Below the pieces are notes generated by a model. The model had not been told where the DNA came from. It worked only from the letters and a program-made list of their open reading frames with translations, and made no database searches. Source: an uncultured Dehalococcoidales bacterium (GTDB lineage Bacteria; Chloroflexota; Dehalococcoidia; Dehalococcoidales; Fen-1064). Taken from it: a stretch of DNA of 63,564 nucleotides. Of the stretch, positions 45,181 to 52,542 are shown piece by piece. Every line of letters begins with the position of its first letter. The stretch's first letter is position 1. The translations under genes and the position numbers were made by a program. The DNA lies in contig CAZTBG010000001.1 in the NCBI GenBank assembly GCA_964611805.1, positions 1 through 63,564 of the forward strand, in the 5' to 3' direction.

Positions 45181-46293
45181 TTATAAAAACGGGAAGTCAT
45201 ATCCGGTAAGTCCTAGTTCCTCAACCAGTTGTCTAATGTCGTTTTGCACAGATTCATTGACCGGGACTCCCTTATCCTTTCGGTCCAACCATGCCAGATA
45301 TTCCTTCTCACCAGCGGTGTAGATTCGCTCGCAACCAGGGGCTTTCTTTGACTCACGGATTGTCCTCAGGATTTCCCCGGTGGTCTTCTTAAATGTCTCC
45401 AACTCCGTGAATTCGGCAATGTTAATGGCTATGAAGAAATGCCCCAAGTGGTAAGGTTGACGTTTGCCATCACGGTCGAAGCCCGACAGTCCCTTTAAAA
45501 AAGCGCCTGACTGGAGTGCTGCAGAGAGGATTTCGACAATAGTTGCGTAACCATAGCCTTTGTAACCAGCGAGACTTTCTCCAATACCACCCAAAGGCGT
45601 CAGCGCAGCGGTACCTTTAACCAGGTCGACGAGTACTTGATGGGAGTCTGTTTTAGGCTTACCATCCTCCCCTATTACCCATCCTTCGGGCAGCTCCTTG
45701 CCAACCCGGGCATAGACTTCGATTTTACCCCTCTGGGTGATTGATGTGGCGCAATCCAGCACAAAAGGAAACTCCTCATCAGTTGGTATGCCAAAGGTAA
45801 GCGGATTGGTACCCAGCATATTTTCGACCCCGAATGTTGGAGCTATGGAGGGTCGAGCATTGGAACCAGTAATGCCTATCATGCCGGCCTCGATAGCCAT
45901 CAGAGCATAATAGCCAGCGATACCGTAGTGAGTAGAGTTGCGAACGGTGACCATCCCCAAGCCATATTCCCTCGCCTTCTCTATAGCCATTGTCATGGCT
46001 CTTTTTGAAATAACATGTCCCATGCCGTCATGACCATCTATCACTGCCGTAGTACGCCCTTCCCGGACAATTTCGAAATTGGTAATCGGATTTTGAATGC
46101 CTATCTTTATACGGTCATAGTAGATGGGCTTCAAACGACTGATGCCGTGGGAGTCTATACCCCTTTTATCTGAAGTAATCAACACTTCCGCGCAGATTCT
46201 AGCATCTTGTTCAGGGACCCCAACGCCTTTAAAAACATCCACCATAAAATTTTCCATGGTGTCAAAACTAATCCAGCAAATTTGATCACTCAT
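45181..46293 (-). CDS. Ldh2-family (malate/L-lactate/sulfolactate dehydrogenase family 2) oxidoreductase
   Basis: 370 aa. KRGIDSHGISRL, NSTHYGIAGYY and GYKGYG. Confidence 0.8.
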   Translation of the reverse strand: MSDQICWISFDTMENFMVDVFKGVGVPEQDARICAEVLITSDKRGIDSHGISRLKPIYYDRIKIGIQNPITNFEIVREGRTTAVIDGHDGMGHVISKRAMTMAIEKAREYGLGMVTVRNSTHYGIAGYYALMAIEAGMIGITGSNARPSIAPTFGVENMLGTNPLTFGIPTDEEFPFVLDCATSITQRGKIEVYARVGKELPEGWVIGEDGKPKTDSHQVLVDLVKGTAALTPLGGIGESLAGYKGYGYATIVEILSAALQSGAFLKGLSGFDRDGKRQPYHLGHFFIAINIAEFTELETFKKTTGEILRTIRESKKAPGCERIYTAGEKEYLAWLDRKDKGVPVNESVQNDIRQLVEELGLTGYDFPFL

Positions 46294-46459
46294 CGCAAAA
46301 CCCCATCCGAATTCGTTATGAACGTTTCAATTCTACTGCTTTTACCGGAGTTCAGCAATACCCTAATGGGCAGGAGGCACCGGACACCAGTGCAATTACC
46401 ACATCCTGATAATAGGGGAAAGCGTGACGGCGCGACCTGGCATGAGTATTTCCTCATTA

Positions 46460-46486
46460 GCGCATCTACGCAATTACGCATATAAT
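46460..46486. repeat. 8-bp iteron site C (ATTAGCGC ATCTACGC AATTACGC)
   Basis: Three in-phase units in the ldh2/fur divergent spacer. Confidence 0.65.
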
Positions 46487-46551
46487 ACTTTACGGACAAC
46501 GGTTCTCCAAGCAACGTCTGCTTGACATTTCCATCTTATCTATACTAGAGT

Positions 46552-46576
46552 GTAATTGATAATATTTTTCAATTAC
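46552..46576. promoter_or_regulatory. Fur-box-like operator immediately upstream of the fur-family gene
   Basis: Perfect 8-9-8 palindrome GTAATTGA-N9-TCAATTAC. It contains TGATAATATTTTTCA, a 12/14 match to the 7-1-7 Fur box TGATAATnATTATCA. It ends 8 nt before the ATG. Confidence 0.55.
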
Positions 46577-46584
46577 CATAAGAG

Positions 46585-47043
46585 ATGAGACCTTCGGTTA
46601 AAGGCATCTACATCACCCTCAGGCGGCACGGTTACAAGCTTACCCCGCAGCGGCGTGCCGTGGTTCTCGCCATCACCTCCAGCCAGGACCACCTCACTCC
46701 GGCGGCCATATTTAAGAAGGTCAAACAGTCCTACCCTGGCATTGGGCTGGTGACCGTCTACCGAACCCTCAAGCTACTGGCAGAACTGAACCTAATCTGT
46801 GAACTGCACACCGGTGACAACTGTCCCAGCTACATTGCAGGAACGTCACAACACCACCACCACCTCGTCTGCTCCGGCTGCGGAAAGGTTGTTGACTTTG
46901 CCAGCCCCCGCCTCATTGAGCACGATGTCGCTGAACTCGAAGGAAGGCTCAGCCGTGAGAGCGGTTTCCGCATAGACGACCACCTGCTCGAATTCACCGG
47001 TCTCTGTAAGCTCTGCCAGAAAGCTCAGGCGTCATCGGTATAA
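46585..47043 (+). CDS. Fur family transcriptional regulator (Fur/Zur/PerR type)
   Basis: 152 aa. Winged-helix LTPQRRAVV..VYRTL. HHHHLVCSGCGKV and CKLCQ are the structural Zn CxxC pairs. Confidence 0.9.
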   Translation: MRPSVKGIYITLRRHGYKLTPQRRAVVLAITSSQDHLTPAAIFKKVKQSYPGIGLVTVYRTLKLLAELNLICELHTGDNCPSYIAGTSQHHHHLVCSGCGKVVDFASPRLIEHDVAELEGRLSRESGFRIDDHLLEFTGLCKLCQKAQASSV

Positions 47044-47052
47044 GCAAGAGAG

Positions 47053-47676
47053 ATGTTCAAGCGCATTGTCACTGAACTAAGACACCACATTCCCTTCACC
47101 GGTCTTGGCGCAATTACCGGCATTATAGGTGCCGTTATTATCGTGGCAATCGGGGCACTTCCTTCAGTGAGTCAAGCTTCAGAGACGGTTTTTTACGTGC
47201 TGCATCCGCTCCACGTGGTACTCAGCGCCGCTGTTACCACCGCCATGTACCGCAAATATACACACGGGCAGCTCTTTCCAGCAATTCTGGTGGGCTACTT
47301 TGGTTCAGTTGGCATAGCCACCCTGAGCGACTCGGTGGTCCCCTACATCGGGGAACTGCTCCTCAACCTCCCTCACGCCGAAGCCCACATCGGCTTCATC
47401 GAGGAGTGGCAGATAGTGAACCCGGCGGCGTTTCTCGGTATCGCTATCGGTTTTTGGAGGTCCAACACCAAATTCCCGCATGCCGGACACGTACTCGTCA
47501 GCACCTGGGCATCGCTTTTTCACATCATAATGGCACTCGGTGAAACGGTGGCATGGATTCAGTTCCTGCCCATCTTCATCTTCCTCTTCCTGGCCGTGTG
47601 GCTGCCGTGCTGCCTGAGCGACATAGTCTTCCCGCTGTTGTTTACAAAGGGGAATGTACCCATCGAAGAAGGCTAA
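47053..47676 (+). CDS. His-rich polytopic membrane protein, putative metal transporter
   Basis: 207 aa, about six TM segments with membrane-embedded His (LHPLHVV, HAEAHIG, HAGHV, FHII). It lies 10 nt after the fur-family gene. The function is inferred from context only. Confidence 0.5.
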   Translation: MFKRIVTELRHHIPFTGLGAITGIIGAVIIVAIGALPSVSQASETVFYVLHPLHVVLSAAVTTAMYRKYTHGQLFPAILVGYFGSVGIATLSDSVVPYIGELLLNLPHAEAHIGFIEEWQIVNPAAFLGIAIGFWRSNTKFPHAGHVLVSTWASLFHIIMALGETVAWIQFLPIFIFLFLAVWLPCCLSDIVFPLLFTKGNVPIEEG

Positions 47677-47938
47677 ATGCCCACTCGAGACCAGGTAGAT
47701 ACTACGCAGGCCGCACTGTAGAGATGCCAATTATTGATTGGGCAGTAGGAAGAGATTCCTGGTAAACAAAAGGGCGTTAAAAATCGATTCTGAGCGTTCT
47801 CAGGGGTATTGAATAAACAAACCCGGCCAACAATATCCGCCATTCGACTCGTTTTTCACTTCGCGCAGTATCCCGCCAGGAAACCGGAGCAGAGGCTTGA
47901 ATTACTACCATCCGGTTAGTGTGTATCAGCGTATTTAC

Positions 47939-48277
47939 TTATTTACGCAATTGCGTAATTACTCTATTAAGGAGTTCCTCATCGGTCTTGACACCCCGCA
48001 CATCCAGTCCGCTGGTCCGGAAAGCCTTGACCATTGCCTCGATAAGCTTGGTCTTGCTCAGTTTCTTGCCACCACTGAACTTGGCTGTGGATGCCAGAGA
48101 CTCCAGGTATGCGTCCTCACCACGGTTAAGGAAGACGGAGAGCTTGATTCGGTTTGTCTCCGGCTCCGGGACCGTCTCTTCCCTTTCCGGTGGAGTCCGT
48201 GCCGGCCGTTCCGAGCCAGTGAGACGGTCCAATGCACCCCCATATGCAAGCTCCTCAGTAATGCGAACTCTCTTCAT
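47939..48277 (-). CDS. small RHH-like DNA-binding protein, putative ParA partner (ParG/omega-type)
   Basis: 112 aa. Basic N-terminus MKRVRITEE, a Pro/Glu-rich linker, then the beta-strand/helix/helix pattern IKLSVFLNRGEDAYLESLA..KTKLIEAMVKAF. The start overlaps the parA stop by 4 nt. Confidence 0.55.
   Translation of the reverse strand: MKRVRITEELAYGGALDRLTGSERPARTPPEREETVPEPETNRIKLSVFLNRGEDAYLESLASTAKFSGGKKLSKTKLIEAMVKAFRTSGLDVRGVKTDEELLNRVITQLRK
47943..47962. repeat. 8-bp iteron site D (ATTTACGC AATTGCGT AATTAC); perfect 16-bp palindrome TTACGCAATTGCGTAA
   Basis: Overlaps the last codons and stop of the RHH-like gene. Confidence 0.75.
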
Positions 48278-49050
48278 TTCATCACCTCTTCTACCAGTAG
48301 CCTGTAGGCGTTGGCTCCGTCCGACTTCGGGGCATACGTCAGGATTGACTCTCCGGCTGCCGGGGCCTCCTTGAAACGAACACTTGTGGGAATCGTAGCC
48401 TCAAATATTTTTACCCTGCTGCCAAAAGCCTTCCGGGTAACCTCACTGACCTCGCGGCTATGCAGGGTACGGGAACTGGTCATAGTAAGCAGTATTCCAG
48501 AAACCTCTAAGGTCGGGTTTAGCTTCTCTTTCACCCGATTAATCGTGTTGAACAGCAGCCCAACCCCTTTCATCGCCAGGAAATCGGCCTGTAAGGGAAT
48601 AATCACGCGGTCGGCTGCGGCCAGGGCATTGATTGTCATCAAGCCGAGGCTGGGCAGGCAGTCTATCAGAATAAAGTCATAATGGAACCGCACCGGCTGG
48701 AGCATGTCTCTTAGCATTATCTCCCGGGTGAATGCCCCAACAAGGTCGAGCTCAGCCTGCGACAGCTCTATGTTGGCCGGAACCAGGTCAATAAGCGGGT
48801 TGCTCGTATGAATGATGACGTCACGCACTGTGAGACTACCGTCACCCCTGATGATGCTCGCCAGGGCATCGTAGCCGGTACGTTCCAGACGCTCCGGGTT
48901 ATGCCCCACACTGATGGTAAGGCTGCCCTGCGGGTCCCAATCAACCAGAAGCACCCGCTTGCCATGCTCGCTCAGGCCCTGGGCCAGTGCCGCCGCCGTG
49001 GTCGTCTTACCGACCCCGCCTTTCTGGTTGGCGATACAGATGACAGGCAT
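48274..49050 (-). CDS. parA: Soj/ParA-type partition ATPase
   Basis: Deviant Walker A NQKGGVGKTTT, LLVDWDPQGS, ILIDCLPSLG and IPTSVRFKEAPAAGESILTY. The start is chosen at MPVICIANQ (49050). The longer track ORF (to 49128) runs through iteron site E. Confidence 0.9.
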   Translation of the reverse strand: MPVICIANQKGGVGKTTTAAALAQGLSEHGKRVLLVDWDPQGSLTISVGHNPERLERTGYDALASIIRGDGSLTVRDVIIHTSNPLIDLVPANIELSQAELDLVGAFTREIMLRDMLQPVRFHYDFILIDCLPSLGLMTINALAAADRVIIPLQADFLAMKGVGLLFNTINRVKEKLNPTLEVSGILLTMTSSRTLHSREVSEVTRKAFGSRVKIFEATIPTSVRFKEAPAAGESILTYAPKSDGANAYRLLVEEVMK

Positions 49051-49086
49051 GTTTTCGATTTCCCTCTGGGCGGATTCTGCACCATT

Positions 49087-49110
49087 GTAACGCAATTGCG
49101 CAATTACGTC
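49087..49110. repeat. 8-bp iteron site E (GTAACGC AATTGCGC AATTACGT)
   Basis: Located 37-60 nt upstream of the preferred parA start, in the parA/pyrD divergent spacer. Confidence 0.75.
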
Positions 49111-49143
49111 AATACTCACTTGCGCCATTTTCTCTCAAGGCAT

Positions 49144-49172
49144 TGACCTGAGCAGCCAGTCCACGTACAATA
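49144..49172 (+). promoter_or_regulatory. candidate sigma70-type promoter of pyrD
   Basis: TTGACC, 17 nt, TACAAT. AAGGAG lies 5 nt before the TTG start. Confidence 0.4.
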
Positions 49173-49205
49173 GTCCTGACACGCAAATCCCGATAAGGAG
49201 TCACC

Positions 49206-50126
49206 TTGAATCTATCAGTCCAGCTCGCCCCCGGGAATGCTAAAGGCCTGCTCCTGGCCAATCCGGTGATGACTGCCTCCGGCACCTTCGGCTACGGCAT
49301 TGAGTATGAGAACCTGTTTGATATCCAGAGGCTGGGGGCTATCGTCTGCAAAGGGACCACCCTTGCGCCCAGAGAAGGTAATCCCCAGCCCCGAATCGTG
49401 GAGACTGCCAGCGGTGTCCTTAATTCCATCGGGCTGCAGAATATCGGTGTTGACGCCCTGATAGCCGAAAAGGCGCCTATCTGGGCAGGCTGGCGCGTGC
49501 CGGTCATCGTCAACATCGCCGGTGAGACGGTTGATGACTACGCCAGTCTGGCCAAGCGGCTGGACGGTGTGGCCGGAATCAGCGGCCTGGAGGTGAACAT
49601 CAGCTGCCCCAATATCAGGGCAGGCGGGGCCGAGTTCGGTGCCAGTCCTGACACCGCCGCCGCTGTAACCGCCGTCGTAAAAAAGACGACCTCTCTGCCT
49701 ATCATGGTCAAGCTCACCCCCAACACCGGTGACATCGTGGCTGTGGCTGTAGCTGTGGCCGGGGCGGGTGCCGATGCAATCTCACTGATAAACACGCTTA
49801 AAGGCATGGCGATAGACATCAGGACACGTAGGCCGATACTGGGCAACATATATGGTGGTCTGTCCGGTCCGGCTGTCAAGCCGGTGGCACTCCACATGGT
49901 CTACCAGGTAGCTGGAGCCGTGGACGTGCCCGTCATCGGTTCCGTCGGTATTCGCACCGCTGACGATGCCATCGAGTTCATCATGGCTGGTGCCAGCGCC
50001 GTCCAGGTAGGAAGTGCCAATCTGACCAGCCCACGGGCAGCTCTCGATGTCCTCGAGGGAATCGAGCGGTTCATGCAGGATGAGAGGATAGGGGACATCA
50101 CCGAGCTTATCGGGTCAGCAAGGTAG
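49206..50126 (+). CDS. pyrD: dihydroorotate dehydrogenase, class 1 catalytic subunit
   Basis: 306 aa. NPVMTASGTFG, GLEVNISCPN, PIMVKLTPN and IGSVGI. Confidence 0.9.
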   Translation: MNLSVQLAPGNAKGLLLANPVMTASGTFGYGIEYENLFDIQRLGAIVCKGTTLAPREGNPQPRIVETASGVLNSIGLQNIGVDALIAEKAPIWAGWRVPVIVNIAGETVDDYASLAKRLDGVAGISGLEVNISCPNIRAGGAEFGASPDTAAAVTAVVKKTTSLPIMVKLTPNTGDIVAVAVAVAGAGADAISLINTLKGMAIDIRTRRPILGNIYGGLSGPAVKPVALHMVYQVAGAVDVPVIGSVGIRTADDAIEFIMAGASAVQVGSANLTSPRAALDVLEGIERFMQDERIGDITELIGSAR

Positions 50127-50152
50127 TAATTGCGCATTTGCGCATATGAGCA
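50126..50152. repeat. 8-bp iteron site F (AATTGCGC ATTTGCGC ATATGAGC)
   Basis: Located at the pyrD stop. Paralogous to site G, exactly 1200 nt downstream. Confidence 0.75.
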
Positions 50153-50182
50153 GATACTCTAATTCCCAATCCTGAGTTTTAT

Positions 50183-50300
50183 ATGGTCACAAGACTTTCT
50201 CAATCGCTGGTAGATACCCACGCTTACCCGGAAGTGAGAGAGTTTGACGCTGCCACAGTTGAGGTGATTACACAGGTTTGTAATCCCGACATTCGCATCC
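50183..50300 (+). pseudogene. decayed duplicate of the tatD 5' end
   Basis: Translation MVTRLSQSLVDTHAYPEVREFDAATVEVITQ parallels the intact TatD MTTETAGLLVDTHAHLDAGEFDADRDEVITR. The HxH metal motif is lost (HAY) and there is no TatD similarity further on. Confidence 0.75.
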
Positions 50301-50521
50301 AAAGTGTATTCGGCGTTCCTAAAAGAACGGATTGTGTTAATTTTAATTCGCGTGCTATAATTACATCGCCGCTGTTTATTACCGTAGGTCGTTTCGCATA
50401 TCATTCCTGTAGTCGTCGAAAAGCACAGGGCAAGCAGGGCCGGTATGACATGATTCAAAACATGATTAGTCTTGTGTAGTAGGATTATTTTACACTGAAT
50501 ATCAATACAGGGAGGTTCACG

Positions 50522-51235
50522 ATGAAAAAATGGGTATCTCTGGTCGCGGTAATGTCCTTGCTAATGCTGTCTTGCTCGAGTTTGGCTGCCTGCGGTGGCG
50601 AGAAAGCTGTGGGTGAGCAGGAAGAGGAGGAAGAAGAAGAAGAGGAGGAGGAGGAGGAGGAAGAAGAGGAGGAGGAAGAAGAAGAGGAGGAAGAAACACT
50701 ATCTGACATCCTGGCTCTGGGAATCAATCTACCCGCCGTACAATACGACCAGAGCATCACTGCTCCCGGGCAGGCAACGGTTGCAATGACAGTTTTCATG
50801 GAGGGGTCGAAGCTTCGGATTGAAATGGTTGCTGGAGGACAGACAACGATTCAGCTGATAGACTACGACGCTATGGTAATGTATATGTACATGCCAGCAC
50901 AGAGCATGGCGATGGAAATGGACATGAGCAGCTTTGGAGGGGTTGGCAGCAAAGCGGCTCAGGACATCGAACAGTATCATCCAACGGTTCTCGGTACCGA
51001 GACTCTGGACGGGAAGAGCTGCCTTGTCGTTAGATACACCTACTCCACCGCTCAAGGAACAGTAACCGTGAAGCAGTGGATATGGAAAGAGCACGGCTTT
51101 CCAATCCGTACTGAGACAACAGTCCAGGGCCAGTTAACGGTAATGGAGATAACAAATATAGTGTTTGGCGATATCCCGAACAGCATATTCGAGTTACCGG
51201 CAGGTGTCCAGATAATGGAGATGCCTGGCTCATGA
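50522..51235 (+). CDS. lipoprotein with a 25-residue poly-Glu linker and a LolA-like/DUF4367-like C-terminal domain (tentative)
   Basis: GGGAGG RBS. Signal peptide plus lipobox LSCSSLAAC. 25 consecutive GAR codons at 50621-50695. The beta-rich C-terminal domain ends FELPAGVQIMEMPG. The gene is AT-richer than its flanks. Confidence 0.75.
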   Translation: MKKWVSLVAVMSLLMLSCSSLAACGGEKAVGEQEEEEEEEEEEEEEEEEEEEEEEEEETLSDILALGINLPAVQYDQSITAPGQATVAMTVFMEGSKLRIEMVAGGQTTIQLIDYDAMVMYMYMPAQSMAMEMDMSSFGGVGSKAAQDIEQYHPTVLGTETLDGKSCLVVRYTYSTAQGTVTVKQWIWKEHGFPIRTETTVQGQLTVMEITNIVFGDIPNSIFELPAGVQIMEMPGS

Positions 51236-51280
51236 TGTAAAAGCTAGGCTACTCGAGAAAGAGGTAACTACACGAGATAA

Positions 51281-51500
51281 GAGGGGATAGGGGATATCAC
51301 CGAGCTTATCGGGTCAGCAAAGTAGTAACTGCGTAATTGCGCATATGAGCATCTGCTCTAAATCACAAATACTGAGTGCTAGATGACTACGGAGACTGCT
51401 GGTTTACTGGTAGATACCCACGCTCACCTGGATGCAGGCGAGTTCGACGCCGACCGTGACGAGGTGATTACCCGGGCACGTGATGCCAGCGTCAGTACAA
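51281..51500 (+). repeat. direct repeat copy 2 of the pyrD-3'/spacer/tatD-5' junction
   Basis: 51281-51326 is a remnant of the pyrD 3' end (GAGGGGATAGGGGATATCACCCGAGCTTATCGGGTCAGCAAAGTAG) with one extra C relative to the intact gene. The rest is the functional tatD 5' region. Confidence 0.85.
51326..51352. repeat. 8-bp iteron site G (AACTGCGT AATTGCGC ATATGAGC)
   Basis: Located 31 nt upstream of the tatD start. Confidence 0.75.
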
Positions 51501-52180
51501 TTATCACCGTCGGTACTGGCGTTGAGTCAGGCCACCGCTCAACCGAACTGGCGGAGCAGTACCAGGGCATCCTGGCAGTCATCGGTATTCACCCCCATGC
51601 CGCCAGCACCGCCACCGAGGCAGATATCACCGCTATTGCCCGGCTGGCCAAACATCCTAAAGTAGTCGCCATCGGTGAAATCGGGCTGGACTTTTACCGG
51701 AACTACTCACCCCGTGATAGCCAGTTCAGGACCCTGAAGTGGCAGCTCGACCTGGCAGCCCGGCTGGGCCTGCCGGTGGTCATCCACTGCCGACAGGCTC
51801 ACGAAGAGATGTTGAATGTCCTGCGCGACTGGACCGCCCGGCATAAAGAACGACAATCGCCCGGCGTTATCCACTGCTTCCAGGGCGATACCCGAACCAC
51901 CCGACAGTACCTGGAGATGGGATTCTACCTCTCCCTAGGCGGCTACATTACCTACCCCGCCAACAGCAACGCCCACGATGTTATCAGGAGCATTCCGGCA
52001 GACAGGTTGATAGTCGAGACCGACTGCCCATACCTGGCACCACAACATTACCGCGGTCGGCGTAACGAGCCAGCCTACGTGCGGTACACCGCCGAGGAAT
52101 TAGCCAGAATCAGGGGCGTCCCTTTCGAGACAATTGCACAAGAGACCACCGAGAACGCCCGCCGCCTCTTCGGCTGGTAG
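51383..52180 (+). CDS. tatD: TatD family metal-dependent deoxyribonuclease/hydrolase
   Basis: 265 aa. VDTHAHLD, IGEIGLDF, VVIHCR and IVETDCPYLAP. Confidence 0.9.
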   Translation: MTTETAGLLVDTHAHLDAGEFDADRDEVITRARDASVSTIITVGTGVESGHRSTELAEQYQGILAVIGIHPHAASTATEADITAIARLAKHPKVVAIGEIGLDFYRNYSPRDSQFRTLKWQLDLAARLGLPVVIHCRQAHEEMLNVLRDWTARHKERQSPGVIHCFQGDTRTTRQYLEMGFYLSLGGYITYPANSNAHDVIRSIPADRLIVETDCPYLAPQHYRGRRNEPAYVRYTAEELARIRGVPFETIAQETTENARRLFGW

Positions 52181-52189
52181 GGAACAATC

Positions 52190-52471
52190 ATGTCTATAGA
52201 AAAATCTGCCAGAATCACCGTCCGCGTCCAGCCAAACGCGAAGCGAAATGAGATAGTCCGCCTTGAGGATAACGTCCTCTACCTGCGCATCGCGGCGCCG
52301 CCGGTGAAGGGTAAGGCGAACGCGGCTTTGCTCGCCTTCCTCAGCGATATCCTGGGAGTGAGCAAGTCCCACCTGTCAATCGAAAAGGGCGCTACCAGTC
52401 GCATGAAGGCAATTGCCGTTGAGGGATTGACTCAGAAAGAGGTTATAGCATCGCTCGATAGTTTGTGTTGA
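52190..52471 (+). CDS. DUF167 (YggU) family protein
   Basis: 93 aa. VQPNAKRNEI..IAAPPVKGKANAALLAFLSDILGVSKSHLSIEKGATSRMK. Confidence 0.8.
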   Translation: MSIEKSARITVRVQPNAKRNEIVRLEDNVLYLRIAAPPVKGKANAALLAFLSDILGVSKSHLSIEKGATSRMKAIAVEGLTQKEVIASLDSLC

Positions 52472-52542
52472 TGGGCAGCATGGCTCATTGTTCAGTACTT
52501 TTAAGTAAGAGTTGGGCCCTGGTACGAGTCTTGATGGCAACT

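Larger units (their letters stand above)
50082..50300 (+). repeat. direct repeat copy 1 of the pyrD-3'/spacer/tatD-5' junction
   Basis: Aligns base-for-base with 51281-51500 at an offset of 1199-1200 nt. It includes CCGAGCTTATCGGGTCAGCA, iteron site F and CTGGTAGATACCCACGCT. Confidence 0.85.

Noticed and set aside
46522-46546. TTGACA and TATACT hexamers upstream of the fur-family gene as a promoter.
   Set aside because: The spacer is only 13 nt, too short for a standard sigma70 promoter. I report only the downstream Fur-box-like palindrome.
50485-50799. Minus-strand 104-aa ORF containing a long poly-Ser run, plus other frames giving poly-Pro/Leu and poly-Lys/Arg (50517-50699, 50595-50789).
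   Set aside because: These are alternative-frame or antisense readings of the (GAR)25 tract. The plus-strand lipoprotein gene has an RBS, a signal peptide and a lipobox, so it is the real gene.
44033-51352. Integron-like gene-cassette array, with the iteron sites acting as attC.
   Set aside because: No integrase gene is present. The sites are about 24 bp of tandem octamers rather than 60-140-bp attC imperfect palindromes with R/L boxes. Genes lie on both strands, and housekeeping genes (pyrD, tatD) are among the bracketed units.
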